DNA of 64,000 nt from a virus (Duplodnaviria; Caudoviricetes). The DNA lies in the IMG/VR virus record IMGVR_UViG_3300042914_002678, one strand, 5' to 3'. The position numbers and the translations under genes were made by a program. Shown here one piece after another: positions 28,845 through 38,615 of the stretch; the stretch's first letter is position 1, and each line of letters begins with the position of its first letter. A model generated the notes under the pieces. That model was not told the origin of the DNA, ran no database searches, and saw only the letters and a program-made list of their open reading frames with translations.

Positions 28845-30149
28845 ATGGCTGTTTTAAATAGCACTTCTCCAGGACAACTTGGCAAATACGTTTTGCCAAC
28901 AATAGAAATAATCAGAACTGGAACAGTAACTACAGCAACAAAAACCTTTAAATTAACTAAAGGTAAGTTTAATGAAGATGCAATAAAAAAATTTGCCGAT
29001 GTTGGAATGAAGGGGTCTTCTCATCAAAAAGAAGCTTTACAAATTCCTCTAGAAACTACAGACCCAAAAAATAAATATGTTAATATTGGTAGATTAAATA
29101 AGCCTAATATAAAATACAATCTTGGTGACATGGCAGAAGGAGTTGTTGGGGCAGCTATCACCGCTAGATTTATATACAAAAATAGAAATATAAATTCTCA
29201 ACTTGTATATGGAGTTTTGAGAACTTTGGCGAAGGCTGGAACTAGTAACTATCCAGGAAAGAAAGGTAAACAAGTTGAAAAAACATTTAAGTCTGCGAAT
29301 GCAAACCCAAAAATTATGGATGATGTTAGATGTTTTATATCTTTAGCCGAAGTAAATATGAGTGCTTTGCTTGAGAGAAGTAAGGAATCTATATTAAAAG
29401 AATATGTAGACTCCGCAGTAAAATATGCAAACAGTAATAATGTTAAGAAGTGGGCGGAGTTAGTTTATAACAATAATAGATATGACAAAATAGAAGTATT
29501 GTCTGATGGATTGGGGGGGCAAAAAACAACAAAAGTTGATGTCACTGTAAAAATTACTGATGATAAAGGAAAATTAATGCCGGTTGATATTTTAGTTTCA
29601 TTAAAAGCTGGTGATGTGAAACAATTTGGTCAAGTTTCTGGAGCAGAGTTTTCGAAACAAGAAGAACTATGGGAACGCTTATTTGGCTATAAAAAAATTA
29701 TCAAACCTTTGGAAAAAGAATATGAAAAGTTAATGTTTGTTGATAAGCAACCAGATGAAGCAGTATTTTTGGTATATCAAAAAGTAAGTCAACAACTGCA
29801 GTCAGATTTGAATAGTAATAAGTCTGAGGAAATTTTAAAAAAAATGTCAGCAGCTATAAAATATTTTGCTACCTTAAATGAAGATTACGTATCTCTTGTG
29901 CAAGTAGGTGGTGGTAAAGCAAAAATTTATAAGTTTGATAACATTTATGAAAAATTAATTGGAAGAGACTATAGATCATCCATAAAAACTGGAGCAAGTG
30001 GGTTGCCCACAATAATTATAAGTAGTGGTAATGAAGATCTAATTCAATTTAGAGTAAAACAAGAATTCAAATCTGATGGTAGTCCATATATAAGAAATTA
30101 CGTCGAAAAATTATCTTTACTTGGAGATTTGTTGGCAGAAACATTGTAA
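28845..30149 (+). CDS. Hypothetical protein, possible PD-(D/E)xK-like nuclease
   Basis: GDMAE...KVDV...SLK spacing resembles a restriction-fold active site; AT-rich. Confidence 0.55.
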   Translation: MAVLNSTSPGQLGKYVLPTIEIIRTGTVTTATKTFKLTKGKFNEDAIKKFADVGMKGSSHQKEALQIPLETTDPKNKYVNIGRLNKPNIKYNLGDMAEGVVGAAITARFIYKNRNINSQLVYGVLRTLAKAGTSNYPGKKGKQVEKTFKSANANPKIMDDVRCFISLAEVNMSALLERSKESILKEYVDSAVKYANSNNVKKWAELVYNNNRYDKIEVLSDGLGGQKTTKVDVTVKITDDKGKLMPVDILVSLKAGDVKQFGQVSGAEFSKQEELWERLFGYKKIIKPLEKEYEKLMFVDKQPDEAVFLVYQKVSQQLQSDLNSNKSEEILKKMSAAIKYFATLNEDYVSLVQVGGGKAKIYKFDNIYEKLIGRDYRSSIKTGASGLPTIIISSGNEDLIQFRVKQEFKSDGSPYIRNYVEKLSLLGDLLAETL

Positions 30150-30175
30150 TAAATAAAGGTATAAGATTAAACAAT

Positions 30176-31471
30176 ATGAAGAGTTTTTTCCAATTTCTAA
30201 ATGAGGCAACCCAATCGCAAGCATCGATGCAAGCGAAGAAGTTAAACCTCAAGAGTGATGGTCACGGCGGTTGGTTGGACAGTCGTGGAGAATTTGTTGC
30301 GAAAACAGAGGGGGGAAAATTAGTATTCTATGATAAGGGTAGAGTAGACGGGGGTAAAGACCAACCAAAAGGTGCAGTAGGAAGATCGGATGCTACATCA
30401 AAACCAGAAGCAAAACCAACAGCAGCACCTGCGCCAAAGGCATCGGCAAAAGCAACTTCATCAACTGCAGATGTTCCTACAGATAGTGATACCTTAACTG
30501 TTGCATTTGGAAGATTTAATCCGCCAACAGTAGGACACGAAAAACTTTTGAAGTCTGCAAGAAAGGCAGCTGCTGGTGGAGATTTGAAGATTTATCCTTC
30601 AAGAACTCAGGACCCAAAGAAAAATCCTCTTGATCCTGATATGAAGATTTCTTTTATGAAAAAAATGTTCCCCGACTTTGATGAGAATATTATTAATGAT
30701 GATGAAATGAAATCAATTTTTAATGTACTAGTTGCAGCATCTGAGGAAGGATATGCTAATGTCAATATAGTTGTTGGATCTGATAGACAAGCGGAATTTG
30801 AAAATCTTGCTCAGAAATACAATGGAGACTTATACCAATTTGATTTAATCCGTGTTATTTCTGCTGGTATGAGAGATGCTGATGCCGAAGGCGTTGAAGG
30901 TATGTCCGCATCTAAAATGAGAAAGGCAGTTATCGAAGATGATTTTGAATCTTTCCGCAGAGGAACACCAAAGACATTAGATGATGGTGATACTCAAGCA
31001 CTCTTTGATGCAGTCCGTCAGGGAATGGGTGCAAAGAAAAAGAAGAAGGTTGCTGAGTTGTGGCAGATTGCTCCAAAGTATGATTTAGAGACTCTCCGTG
31101 AAAATTATATTACTGGCAAAATTTTCAGAATTGGTGATATTGTAGAAAATTTAAATACGGGATTGGTTGGAGAAATTATGCGTAGAGGTACAAATTATCT
31201 CATCTGTGTCACTGAAGATGGTTATATGTTTAAATCTTGGATTCGTGATGTAATGGAATATACTGAAGTGAAAATGGAAAAGAAAGTGAGAGTTTCTGGT
31301 AAACCGAATACATTAGTTGGAACGGGTGGATATTTTAAATATGCTGTTGATATGACACCTGGATTTGAAAAAGGAGACAAAACAAATCTTCAATATGGCG
31401 CAAAACCTTATAGTGGATATAAGCAAACTAACGTTAAGGAATTCATAAATAAGTATAAGGTAAAGAAATAG
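30176..31471 (+). CDS. HIGH-family nucleotidyltransferase (cytidylyltransferase / NMNAT-like) with CTS-like N-terminus
   Basis: FGRFNPPTVGH, KNPL, VVGSDR, SASKMR; AATAAATA at 30148. Confidence 0.82.
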   Translation: MKSFFQFLNEATQSQASMQAKKLNLKSDGHGGWLDSRGEFVAKTEGGKLVFYDKGRVDGGKDQPKGAVGRSDATSKPEAKPTAAPAPKASAKATSSTADVPTDSDTLTVAFGRFNPPTVGHEKLLKSARKAAAGGDLKIYPSRTQDPKKNPLDPDMKISFMKKMFPDFDENIINDDEMKSIFNVLVAASEEGYANVNIVVGSDRQAEFENLAQKYNGDLYQFDLIRVISAGMRDADAEGVEGMSASKMRKAVIEDDFESFRRGTPKTLDDGDTQALFDAVRQGMGAKKKKKVAELWQIAPKYDLETLRENYITGKIFRIGDIVENLNTGLVGEIMRRGTNYLICVTEDGYMFKSWIRDVMEYTEVKMEKKVRVSGKPNTLVGTGGYFKYAVDMTPGFEKGDKTNLQYGAKPYSGYKQTNVKEFINKYKVKK

Positions 31472-31480
31472 TAAGTTACA

Positions 31481-33388
31481 ATGTCTATCAATCCTCTGAA
31501 TGATATTTCCAGAGTGTATCTGGAGCAAGTTTCTGTTGATGAAGCAAAGCAATCTTTCCCTTTTAAGAAGGTTGAAGGAAAGATGAAGGAGAAATTTGCT
31601 AAGTCAGTATGGGCTAAAAAAGGAAATCCTGCTGTTCCTAATACAACTGATGATGAGAAGAAAGCAACTACTCAGCACAGTAAAATGTTCCGCACTTATG
31701 AGAAGGAAAAGAGGGCAAAACAAGAGGCAGATAAGGCAAGACGTTCATCGACTTTTTATAAGGACACTCACCCAGCAAGTGCTCCTAAGATGAAGAAAGC
31801 AAATGAAGAGTTTGAAATTGATGAAGCAGTGAAGGGTGCTGATCCAGAAATGAGAAAAGCAGCTGCCGTTGAAAGAAAAGAAGGGGATAAAAGACTTGCT
31901 CCTTCAAAAGGAAAAGGTTATGCAGACCAGCAAAAACAAAGCATTGCATATATGGACAAGTTGACCAAGAAAAATAAGAACGTAGTTGGTCTTGTTGCTA
32001 AGGAAGCATTAGACCCAGTTGGTCAAGAGGATGCCGATATTGATAATGATGGAGATATTGATAAGTCTGATAAGTATCTTCATAAGAGAAGAAAAGCAAT
32101 TGGCAAGGCAATTGCCAAAAAGAAATCGGTAAAGGAAGGTTTCTCAAATTGGAGACAAGATCTTGCTGAGGTTATGGATGACACTGAAGCAAGTAAGAAA
32201 ATCAAAGAAAAAAAGGTTAATAATAAAATCAAAATTAATCCCAAACTCAATGAAGCAGTAGAAGAGATTGGTGGAACTCTTCTTGAGATGGTGGAGATTG
32301 AAGGAGTTCTTGATGAACTTTCTGATGAAGAACTACTCTTCCTTTCCGACACTCTTATTGAAGAAGTTGTTGAAGAGTTCTTTATTGAGTGTCTGGAGGA
32401 AGGATATGATATTGAAGAGGTTGAAGAGTATTTAATTGAATCACTTGAAACATCTGCTGTTCTTCTTGATGAGGCAAAAGTTACTCTTGGGCACGATACT
32501 AAAATTAAGAGCGACAGATTAGAGAAAGTCAAGTCTGCTGTTAAGACTGCTGGAAGAGCAGCTGCCCGTGGCGCTGGATATGTTGCTGGTTTGGCAAAGA
32601 GAGCTGGTACTGCTGCTAAGAGAGAATTTAAAGCAGGATATGAGAAAGGAAAAGGTGGATCATCAGCATCCTCTTCAACTTCTTCAGCATCCTCAGGTTC
32701 ATCTTCTTCATCTGATAAACCAAAGCGTCCTGGACTTCTTGCACGTATCGGTTCTAAACTGAAGAGTGGTCTTAGAAAGGCAGTTGCAAGTGGTGCAAGG
32801 TCAATCTCTCGCGGAGCAAGAAATGTTGCCCGCAAGGTAGAAGGTGGTGAAACTAAGAAGGCAGAAGCACCAAAGGCAGCACCTAAGAAAGCAGAAAAAC
32901 CTTCTGACCCTTGGGAAGGAAGTGCCACAACTCCACCTAAAGCAAAAGCAAAGGCAAAACCCAAGAAACCTGCAGCACCAAAAGCAAAGGCACCAGCAAG
33001 AAAGAAAAAGTCAAAGTTAGATGATTTGCTTGCCTCAGTGAGAAGTGAAGAAGTTGAGATGATTGATGAAAAGACTTTGACTAAAATGGAAATGAAAAAG
33101 CGTGAAGAGATTGTCAAGTCTATGAAAGACAAGGCAGCAGATTTTGAAAAGAGATATCCTGGTCGTGGTAAAGAAGTAATGTATGCCACTGCTACTAAGA
33201 TGGCAAAGAGAGTAGCAGAACAAATGGATACTGAAATGTCTTCTGCACCTGCTATTGATAAAAAGAAAGAAATGTTAGACAAGCAAAAACTTGCTAACTT
33301 GAAAATGCTTCAACAGAAGAAGCAGCAATTGGATCGTCAAAAACTTCAAATGCAGAAATCAGGAAAACTTCCTCTTGACGCTAATTAA
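31481..33388 (+). CDS. Large modular low-complexity late protein, candidate internal head polyprotein
   Basis: Alternating basic and acidic modules separated by xxE/A sites; DPVGQEDADIDNDGD module. Confidence 0.75.
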   Translation: MSINPLNDISRVYLEQVSVDEAKQSFPFKKVEGKMKEKFAKSVWAKKGNPAVPNTTDDEKKATTQHSKMFRTYEKEKRAKQEADKARRSSTFYKDTHPASAPKMKKANEEFEIDEAVKGADPEMRKAAAVERKEGDKRLAPSKGKGYADQQKQSIAYMDKLTKKNKNVVGLVAKEALDPVGQEDADIDNDGDIDKSDKYLHKRRKAIGKAIAKKKSVKEGFSNWRQDLAEVMDDTEASKKIKEKKVNNKIKINPKLNEAVEEIGGTLLEMVEIEGVLDELSDEELLFLSDTLIEEVVEEFFIECLEEGYDIEEVEEYLIESLETSAVLLDEAKVTLGHDTKIKSDRLEKVKSAVKTAGRAAARGAGYVAGLAKRAGTAAKREFKAGYEKGKGGSSASSSTSSASSGSSSSSDKPKRPGLLARIGSKLKSGLRKAVASGARSISRGARNVARKVEGGETKKAEAPKAAPKKAEKPSDPWEGSATTPPKAKAKAKPKKPAAPKAKAPARKKKSKLDDLLASVRSEEVEMIDEKTLTKMEMKKREEIVKSMKDKAADFEKRYPGRGKEVMYATATKMAKRVAEQMDTEMSSAPAIDKKKEMLDKQKLANLKMLQQKKQQLDRQKLQMQKSGKLPLDAN

Positions 33389-33426
33389 TCTCTAAATACC
33401 TTCGGATACTCTATTTGGAGGTCATT

Positions 33427-33600
33427 ATGGGAGCAGTAGTAGCAGTGGTAAAACCACTTCTTTTTCAAATTGCAACTCATCCTGCTGTTAAACAACTTGT
33501 TCTTGATCTACTCAAGAAATATGTTGACAGCACAGACAACAGCATTGATAATGTAGTTTATGAAATGGTAAAAGATAAACTCTTTACTCCACAAGCATGA
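33427..33600 (+). CDS. Small hypothetical protein
   Basis: MGAVVAVVKPLL...; SD GGAGG upstream. Confidence 0.7.
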   Translation: MGAVVAVVKPLLFQIATHPAVKQLVLDLLKKYVDSTDNSIDNVVYEMVKDKLFTPQA

Positions 33601-33761
33601 TTACTTGTTTAGTAACCAATTGGGGGGTTACTGTTCTTCTTGGAGTTCTTCTTGCTTTATCTGAATGGATAGGTAGAAATCAAAATCTAAAAGAGAATAG
33701 TATTTTGTGTTTTATAATTAATTTTTTGAGAGTTGTTCTTCGTAAAGGGGACCAAAAGTAA
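33597..33761 (+). CDS. Small membrane protein (54 aa)
   Basis: Read manually: MITCLVTNWGVTVLLGVLLALSEWIG...; two hydrophobic segments. Confidence 0.6.
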   Translation: MITCLVTNWGVTVLLGVLLALSEWIGRNQNLKENSILCFIINFLRVVLRKGDQK

Positions 33762-33782
33762 GGTCTCCTTTTTTTATAAATA
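33748..33782 (+). terminator. Terminator followed by late promoter TATAAATA (33775-33782)
   Basis: GGGGACC...GGTCTCC followed by a T run, then the exact late consensus. Confidence 0.65.
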
Positions 33783-33816
33783 TCTTATAGCAAATAAATT
33801 TTATCGGAAGACAGAC

Positions 33817-34341
33817 ATGGCACTCTGGGGAAACAATGATAATGTTGGTTCTGGTGGATTAGTAACTCTTGATTACAGCACTCTTGTTGTAACAGGTTCT
33901 GGTACTAGTTTTGGAAACACTGGTGCTGCAAAGACTGGTGATGTAATTAGATTTGGTTTCCGTGGAACTGGCGGAACCTATTTTGGAGATGCGGTTATTG
34001 TTGGCATCGCAAGTACAACTCAATTAAGTATTGCATCCACTGCTGGTCTTAGTGGTGCTGCCATTGCTGCAACAAGTTTTTACATTAGTGAACTTCCAAA
34101 ATACACTGTTCTCGATTCTTCATATAGTGAAGCATCATGGGGAACGAATGATAAACTTGTATATGGAATTTCTACAGATAGTGTTGCAACATCATATCAA
34201 GGATTTACTCATCAAGGATGGGTTGGAATTACCACTTACAATGATAGTGATGGAAACCTGAGAGTTAAGAGTGAAGTTCTTGTTGCAATGTCTGGAATCA
34301 CGACTGGTGCTGACGGAATCCTCTACCCAACTGCTGAATGA
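33817..34341 (+). CDS. Probable virion structural protein
   Basis: MALWG N-terminus; Gly/Thr/Ser-rich beta-type composition; late promoter upstream. Confidence 0.65.
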   Translation: MALWGNNDNVGSGGLVTLDYSTLVVTGSGTSFGNTGAAKTGDVIRFGFRGTGGTYFGDAVIVGIASTTQLSIASTAGLSGAAIAATSFYISELPKYTVLDSSYSEASWGTNDKLVYGISTDSVATSYQGFTHQGWVGITTYNDSDGNLRVKSEVLVAMSGITTGADGILYPTAE

Positions 34342-34349
34342 TATAATAT

Positions 34350-34742
34350 ATGATTTTCAATGAGTTGAATGGGGATAATTTCCTTTTATTTGCAATTAAG
34401 TATTATGAAAATCCGCAAGCGGTAACGAAAGAGGATTTTGAGAAAGATCTGAACCATTTTAAATATATCAAAAGATTATTGAAACGATATAAGAATACTG
34501 GTCAATTAAAGACTCATCTTCTTTTGAATCATTTCATTATTCTTTATAATATTTTTGGTGAAGCTACAACTCCAATGCTTTTTTTCAGAATTGAAAAAGA
34601 GTTATGGTCTCCACTAAAAACTTTCATTATCTTTTTGGGAAGGTTGCCAGAATATCCCAGATGTTACATTCATGACATACAGGTTGATCTTCATTGTTTA
34701 ACCGAACTTAATAAAATCTACAATGGAAAAGAAGAAGATTGA
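34350..34742 (+). CDS. Conserved T4-like hypothetical protein
   Basis: MIFNELN.DNFLLFAIKYYENP, LLLNHFIILYNIFG. Confidence 0.75.
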   Translation: MIFNELNGDNFLLFAIKYYENPQAVTKEDFEKDLNHFKYIKRLLKRYKNTGQLKTHLLLNHFIILYNIFGEATTPMLFFRIEKELWSPLKTFIIFLGRLPEYPRCYIHDIQVDLHCLTELNKIYNGKEED

Positions 34743-34983
34743 TAGAGTTATTGAATCGTTTCGTAATTATGCAATTTTGAAAGAAGAAATGATGACGACT
34801 CAAAGCACAACTGGTAAACCTGGATTTAGTACATCTGCTGATGCCGCAGGTCCAGTTGCTGGAAGAAGTCCTAAAATGTTTTTTATGGCAAGAAAGTTTA
34901 CAAAAAAATATGCAAAAGGTGGTCCTGGTAGCAGAAAAGTCTGGTTAGATTACCTCAAATCCTCCAATGGCAGAAGAAATTAA
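34723..34983 (+). CDS. Hypothetical protein
   Basis: 86 aa; ILKEE/M site then a basic module. Confidence 0.65.
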   Translation: MEKKKIDRVIESFRNYAILKEEMMTTQSTTGKPGFSTSADAAGPVAGRSPKMFFMARKFTKKYAKGGPGSRKVWLDYLKSSNGRRN

Positions 34984-35350
34984 GGTCGCATTATTAGAAC
35001 AAAAAATAGAGGATGTAAAAGACATTATCATAAAAATTGATAATGCCATTCAAAAACTTAGTGAAGTAAATAGTAATGTGAGTAAGATGCTCGCAGTACA
35101 TGAAGAAAGAATTACCAAACAAGAAGAAACTGACAACATACTCTTTGCTAAAATTGACAAACTCCGTGATAAGGTTGACATCGATTATGACCGTATTGTG
35201 TCAAGAGTACAGAATATAGAAAAAAGAGTATGGATGGCAATAGGTGCCCTCGCTTGCCTTACATTTTTATTGAAAGTTCCTTCAGCACTTCAAATCTTGA
35301 CACCGCAACCACAAAGTTCTATAATGGAGAGCAGGAACTTTAAGGTTTAA
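34967..35350 (+). CDS. Coiled-coil protein with C-terminal membrane anchor
   Basis: Heptad-rich body; WMAIGALACLTFLL segment. Confidence 0.7.
   Translation: MAEEIKVALLEQKIEDVKDIIIKIDNAIQKLSEVNSNVSKMLAVHEERITKQEETDNILFAKIDKLRDKVDIDYDRIVSRVQNIEKRVWMAIGALACLTFLLKVPSALQILTPQPQSSIMESRNFKV
35297..35325 (+). promoter_or_regulatory. sigma70-type promoter TTGACA-17-TATAAT for g61/nrd
   Basis: Perfect consensus. Confidence 0.85.
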
Positions 35351-35352
35351 TT

Positions 35353-36321
35353 ATGGATTTTGTTGATGTTAAATACATCAATTTGATTTCTTCTCGCTTC
35401 CAAAAGTTTAAGAAAGTAAAAAGTAATCTTTATAACTTTAGGTGTCCTATCTGTGGAGATTCCCAGAAGAACAAAAACAAAGCTAGAGGATACCTGTATC
35501 AAGTAAAAAACAATACAAACTTCAAGTGTCATAACTGTGGAGTCAATATTTCTTTCAATAATTTTTTGAAACAAATTGACTCAGTAATCTATAAGCAATA
35601 TACATTTGAAAAGTTTAAAGAAGGTCATACTGGTAGAAATTTTACGGTAGATGAACCCGTATTTAAATTTGAAGAACCTAAGTTCAAACCAAAACTAAAT
35701 CTACCAAAGGCATCTGAAACTCCCGATGCAAAAGAATATCTGGTAAAGAGAAAGTTAAACCCAGATAAATTTTATTACACTGATAAATTTAAATCGTGGA
35801 CAAACTCTTTCAAAGATGTCTTCGATGATACAACTAAAGATGAACCCAGGATAATTATTCCTTTGTTCTATCAAAATACCCTTGTTGGATTTCAGGGAAG
35901 AGCACTTGGATTTTCCAAGGTTAAATACATTACCGTGATGATTAACGATGACGCACCAAAAATCTATGGTCTTGATGAGATTGAAAAAAGTAAAACTGTA
36001 TACATCACAGAAGGACCCTTCGACTCAACATTCATTCGCAATGCGATTGCTTTGTGCGGAGCTGACGGTGATGTTAGTAAGTGGGGCATTGGCGATTGTG
36101 TGTGGATCTATGATAACGAACCACGAAATTCAGAAATTGTATCAAGAATCTCCAACACAATCAATAGAGGAGAAAAGGTCGTAATTTGGCCATCCAATAT
36201 AATTGAAAAGGATATTAATGATATGATTTTATCTGGACTAGATGTTCAGTCTGTGATAGAATTAAATACTTACTCTGGATTAGAAGCAAAACTTAAATTT
36301 ACTACCTGGAAGAAAATATGA
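35353..36321 (+). CDS. g61: DNA primase gp61
   Basis: RCPICGDS and KCHNCG zinc finger; TEGPFDS, DNEPRN, DINDM Toprim motifs. Confidence 0.96.
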   Translation: MDFVDVKYINLISSRFQKFKKVKSNLYNFRCPICGDSQKNKNKARGYLYQVKNNTNFKCHNCGVNISFNNFLKQIDSVIYKQYTFEKFKEGHTGRNFTVDEPVFKFEEPKFKPKLNLPKASETPDAKEYLVKRKLNPDKFYYTDKFKSWTNSFKDVFDDTTKDEPRIIIPLFYQNTLVGFQGRALGFSKVKYITVMINDDAPKIYGLDEIEKSKTVYITEGPFDSTFIRNAIALCGADGDVSKWGIGDCVWIYDNEPRNSEIVSRISNTINRGEKVVIWPSNIIEKDINDMILSGLDVQSVIELNTYSGLEAKLKFTTWKKI

Positions 36322-38615
36322 GCAACGGAACTAAAGTAAAAAAGCGTGATGGACGTATTGAGTCTCTTGACCTGGACAAGATGCATTTGATGGTTGAAGA
36401 GGCATGTAAGGGTCTTGCAGGTGTGTCTGCAAGTCAAGTTGAGATGACTTCTGGTATTCAATTTTATGATGGAATCACCACTGCAGAGATTCAGGAGATT
36501 TTAATTCGTTCCGCTTCTGATTTAATTGATTTGGACCATCCAAATTATCAGTATGTTGCTGCAAGACTGCTTCTTTTTGCAGTTCGTAAGCAACTTTATG
36601 GAAAGATGAAAGAGCTTCCAACTTTAGAGCAACATATTGTTGAGTGTGTTTCTGCTGAAGTTTATGATAATGATATTTACAGTAAATATTCTCAAGAAGA
36701 AATTATAAAAGCTGATAGTTTTATCGATCATGATCGTGACTATCTCTTCACTTACGCAGGTCTACGTCAAGTCGTTGACAAATACCTTGTGCAAGATAGA
36801 AGCGGTGGTGGAGTATATGAAACTCCCCAGTTTATGTACATGATGATTGCTCTGACTATTTTTGCAGAGTATCCAAAAGAAACCAGAATGTCATATGTCA
36901 AGAGGTATTATGACGCAATCTCAAAGCACAAAATCAACATCCCAACACCAATCATGGCGGGAGTGCGAACTCCGCTTAGACAATTTGCTAGCTGTGTGCT
37001 TGTTGACGTTGATGACACCCTCGATAGTATCTTTAGCAGTGATATGGCTATTGGCAGATACGTTGCACAGAGGGCGGGGATCGGCATCAACGCTGGTAGA
37101 ATCCGTGGCATCAACAGCAAAATCCGAGGTGGAGAAGTTCAACACACGGGTGTTGTACCATTTCTCAAGAAGTTTGAAGCGACTGTCAGATGTTGCACGC
37201 AAAATGGCATACGAGGTGGATCCGCGACAGTACACTTCCCAATCTGGCACCAAGAAATAGAAGATATCTTGGTTCTCAAGAACAATAAAGGTACGGAGGA
37301 TAATCGTGTTCGTAAACTTGATTACAGCATTCAAATCAGTAAACTCTTCTATGAGAGGTTCATTCAAGATGGTGAAATCACGCTTTTCTCCCCACATGAT
37401 GTACCTGGACTTTATGATCGCTTTGGACTCTCTGGTTTTGATGAGCTCTACTGTGCATATGAAAAAGATTCGACCATTAAGAAAAAAACTGTTAAGGCGC
37501 AAGAACTCATTCTTAACCTTCTCAAAGAACGTGCGGAAACAGGTCGTGTCTACATTATGAACATTGACCATTGCAACTCTCACTCATCCTTTAAGGACAA
37601 AGTTGAGATGAGCAATCTGTGTCAGGAGATCACTTTGCCAACTTTCCCAATTCAACATATTGATGATACGGATGGAGAAATTGCACTATGTATTCTTTCT
37701 GCAATTAATGTTGGTAAAGTTAAATCCGATGATGAACTTGAAGAGCTTTGTGACCTTTCAGTTCGTGGTTTGGATGAGTTGATTGACTATCAAAAATACC
37801 CCGTAGCGGCGGCAGAAATCGCCACCAAGGCGCGTCGTTCTCTTGGTATAGGGTTTATTGGTCTTGCACACTATTTGGCAAAACTTGGGTATAATTATTC
37901 CTCCCAAGAAGCATGGGATGCTGTACATGGACTTTCAGAATCTTTCCAATATTATCTTTTGAAAGCATCTAATCAACTTGCCAAGGAGAAGGGATACTGT
38001 GAATATTTTGGACGTACTAAGTATGCTGATGGTATCCTTCCAATCGATACATATAAAAAGGACGTAGATGAAATTACTTCTGTTGAACTAGAGCATGATT
38101 GGGAAGGTCTTAGAGCATCAATCTTACAGTACGGTCTCAGGCACTCAACACTGTCCGCACAAATGCCTTCGGAGAGCAGTTCCGTTGTGTCAAACGCAAC
38201 CAATGGAATCGAACCACCTAGAGATTACCTGTCCGTTAAGAAATCCAAAAAAGGACCCCTTAAGCAGATTGTTCCACAGTATCAAACACTCAAGAACAAC
38301 TATACGCTTTTGTGGGATATGCCTAGCAACACTGGTTATATTAATATTGTTGCAGTGATGCAAAAGTTCTTTGACCAGGCAATTTCTGGAAACTGGAGTT
38401 ATAATCCAGAAAACTATGACAACAATGAAGTTCCTACTTCAGTTATGGCAAATGACTTTTTGACTACATACAAATATGGGTGGAAAACTTCTTATTACCA
38501 AAACACTTATGATATTAAGACTGATGAGGTAGTAGAAGAGAAACCCAATCTTCAAGATTTGCTAAGTGAGTTAAGTTCAGTAGAGGAGGGAGAGTGTGAA
38601 TCCTGTGCAGTTTAA
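36318..38615 (+). CDS. nrdA: Ribonucleotide reductase class Ia alpha subunit
   Basis: ATP cone KKRDGR, PTPIMAG, SNLCQEI, MPSESSS; no intron or intein visible. Confidence 0.97.
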   Translation: MSNGTKVKKRDGRIESLDLDKMHLMVEEACKGLAGVSASQVEMTSGIQFYDGITTAEIQEILIRSASDLIDLDHPNYQYVAARLLLFAVRKQLYGKMKELPTLEQHIVECVSAEVYDNDIYSKYSQEEIIKADSFIDHDRDYLFTYAGLRQVVDKYLVQDRSGGGVYETPQFMYMMIALTIFAEYPKETRMSYVKRYYDAISKHKINIPTPIMAGVRTPLRQFASCVLVDVDDTLDSIFSSDMAIGRYVAQRAGIGINAGRIRGINSKIRGGEVQHTGVVPFLKKFEATVRCCTQNGIRGGSATVHFPIWHQEIEDILVLKNNKGTEDNRVRKLDYSIQISKLFYERFIQDGEITLFSPHDVPGLYDRFGLSGFDELYCAYEKDSTIKKKTVKAQELILNLLKERAETGRVYIMNIDHCNSHSSFKDKVEMSNLCQEITLPTFPIQHIDDTDGEIALCILSAINVGKVKSDDELEELCDLSVRGLDELIDYQKYPVAAAEIATKARRSLGIGFIGLAHYLAKLGYNYSSQEAWDAVHGLSESFQYYLLKASNQLAKEKGYCEYFGRTKYADGILPIDTYKKDVDEITSVELEHDWEGLRASILQYGLRHSTLSAQMPSESSSVVSNATNGIEPPRDYLSVKKSKKGPLKQIVPQYQTLKNNYTLLWDMPSNTGYINIVAVMQKFFDQAISGNWSYNPENYDNNEVPTSVMANDFLTTYKYGWKTSYYQNTYDIKTDEVVEEKPNLQDLLSELSSVEEGECESCAV

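Noticed and set aside
30176-31471. Idea that the nucleotidyltransferase is a CCA-adding enzyme for the CCA-less tRNAs
   Set aside because: It has a HIGH-type fold, whereas CCA enzymes belong to the Pol-beta superfamily
32080-33282. 400-aa minus-strand ORF
   Set aside because: Mirror of the low-complexity Lys/Glu/Ala-rich 31481 gene (Ser/Phe/Leu runs)
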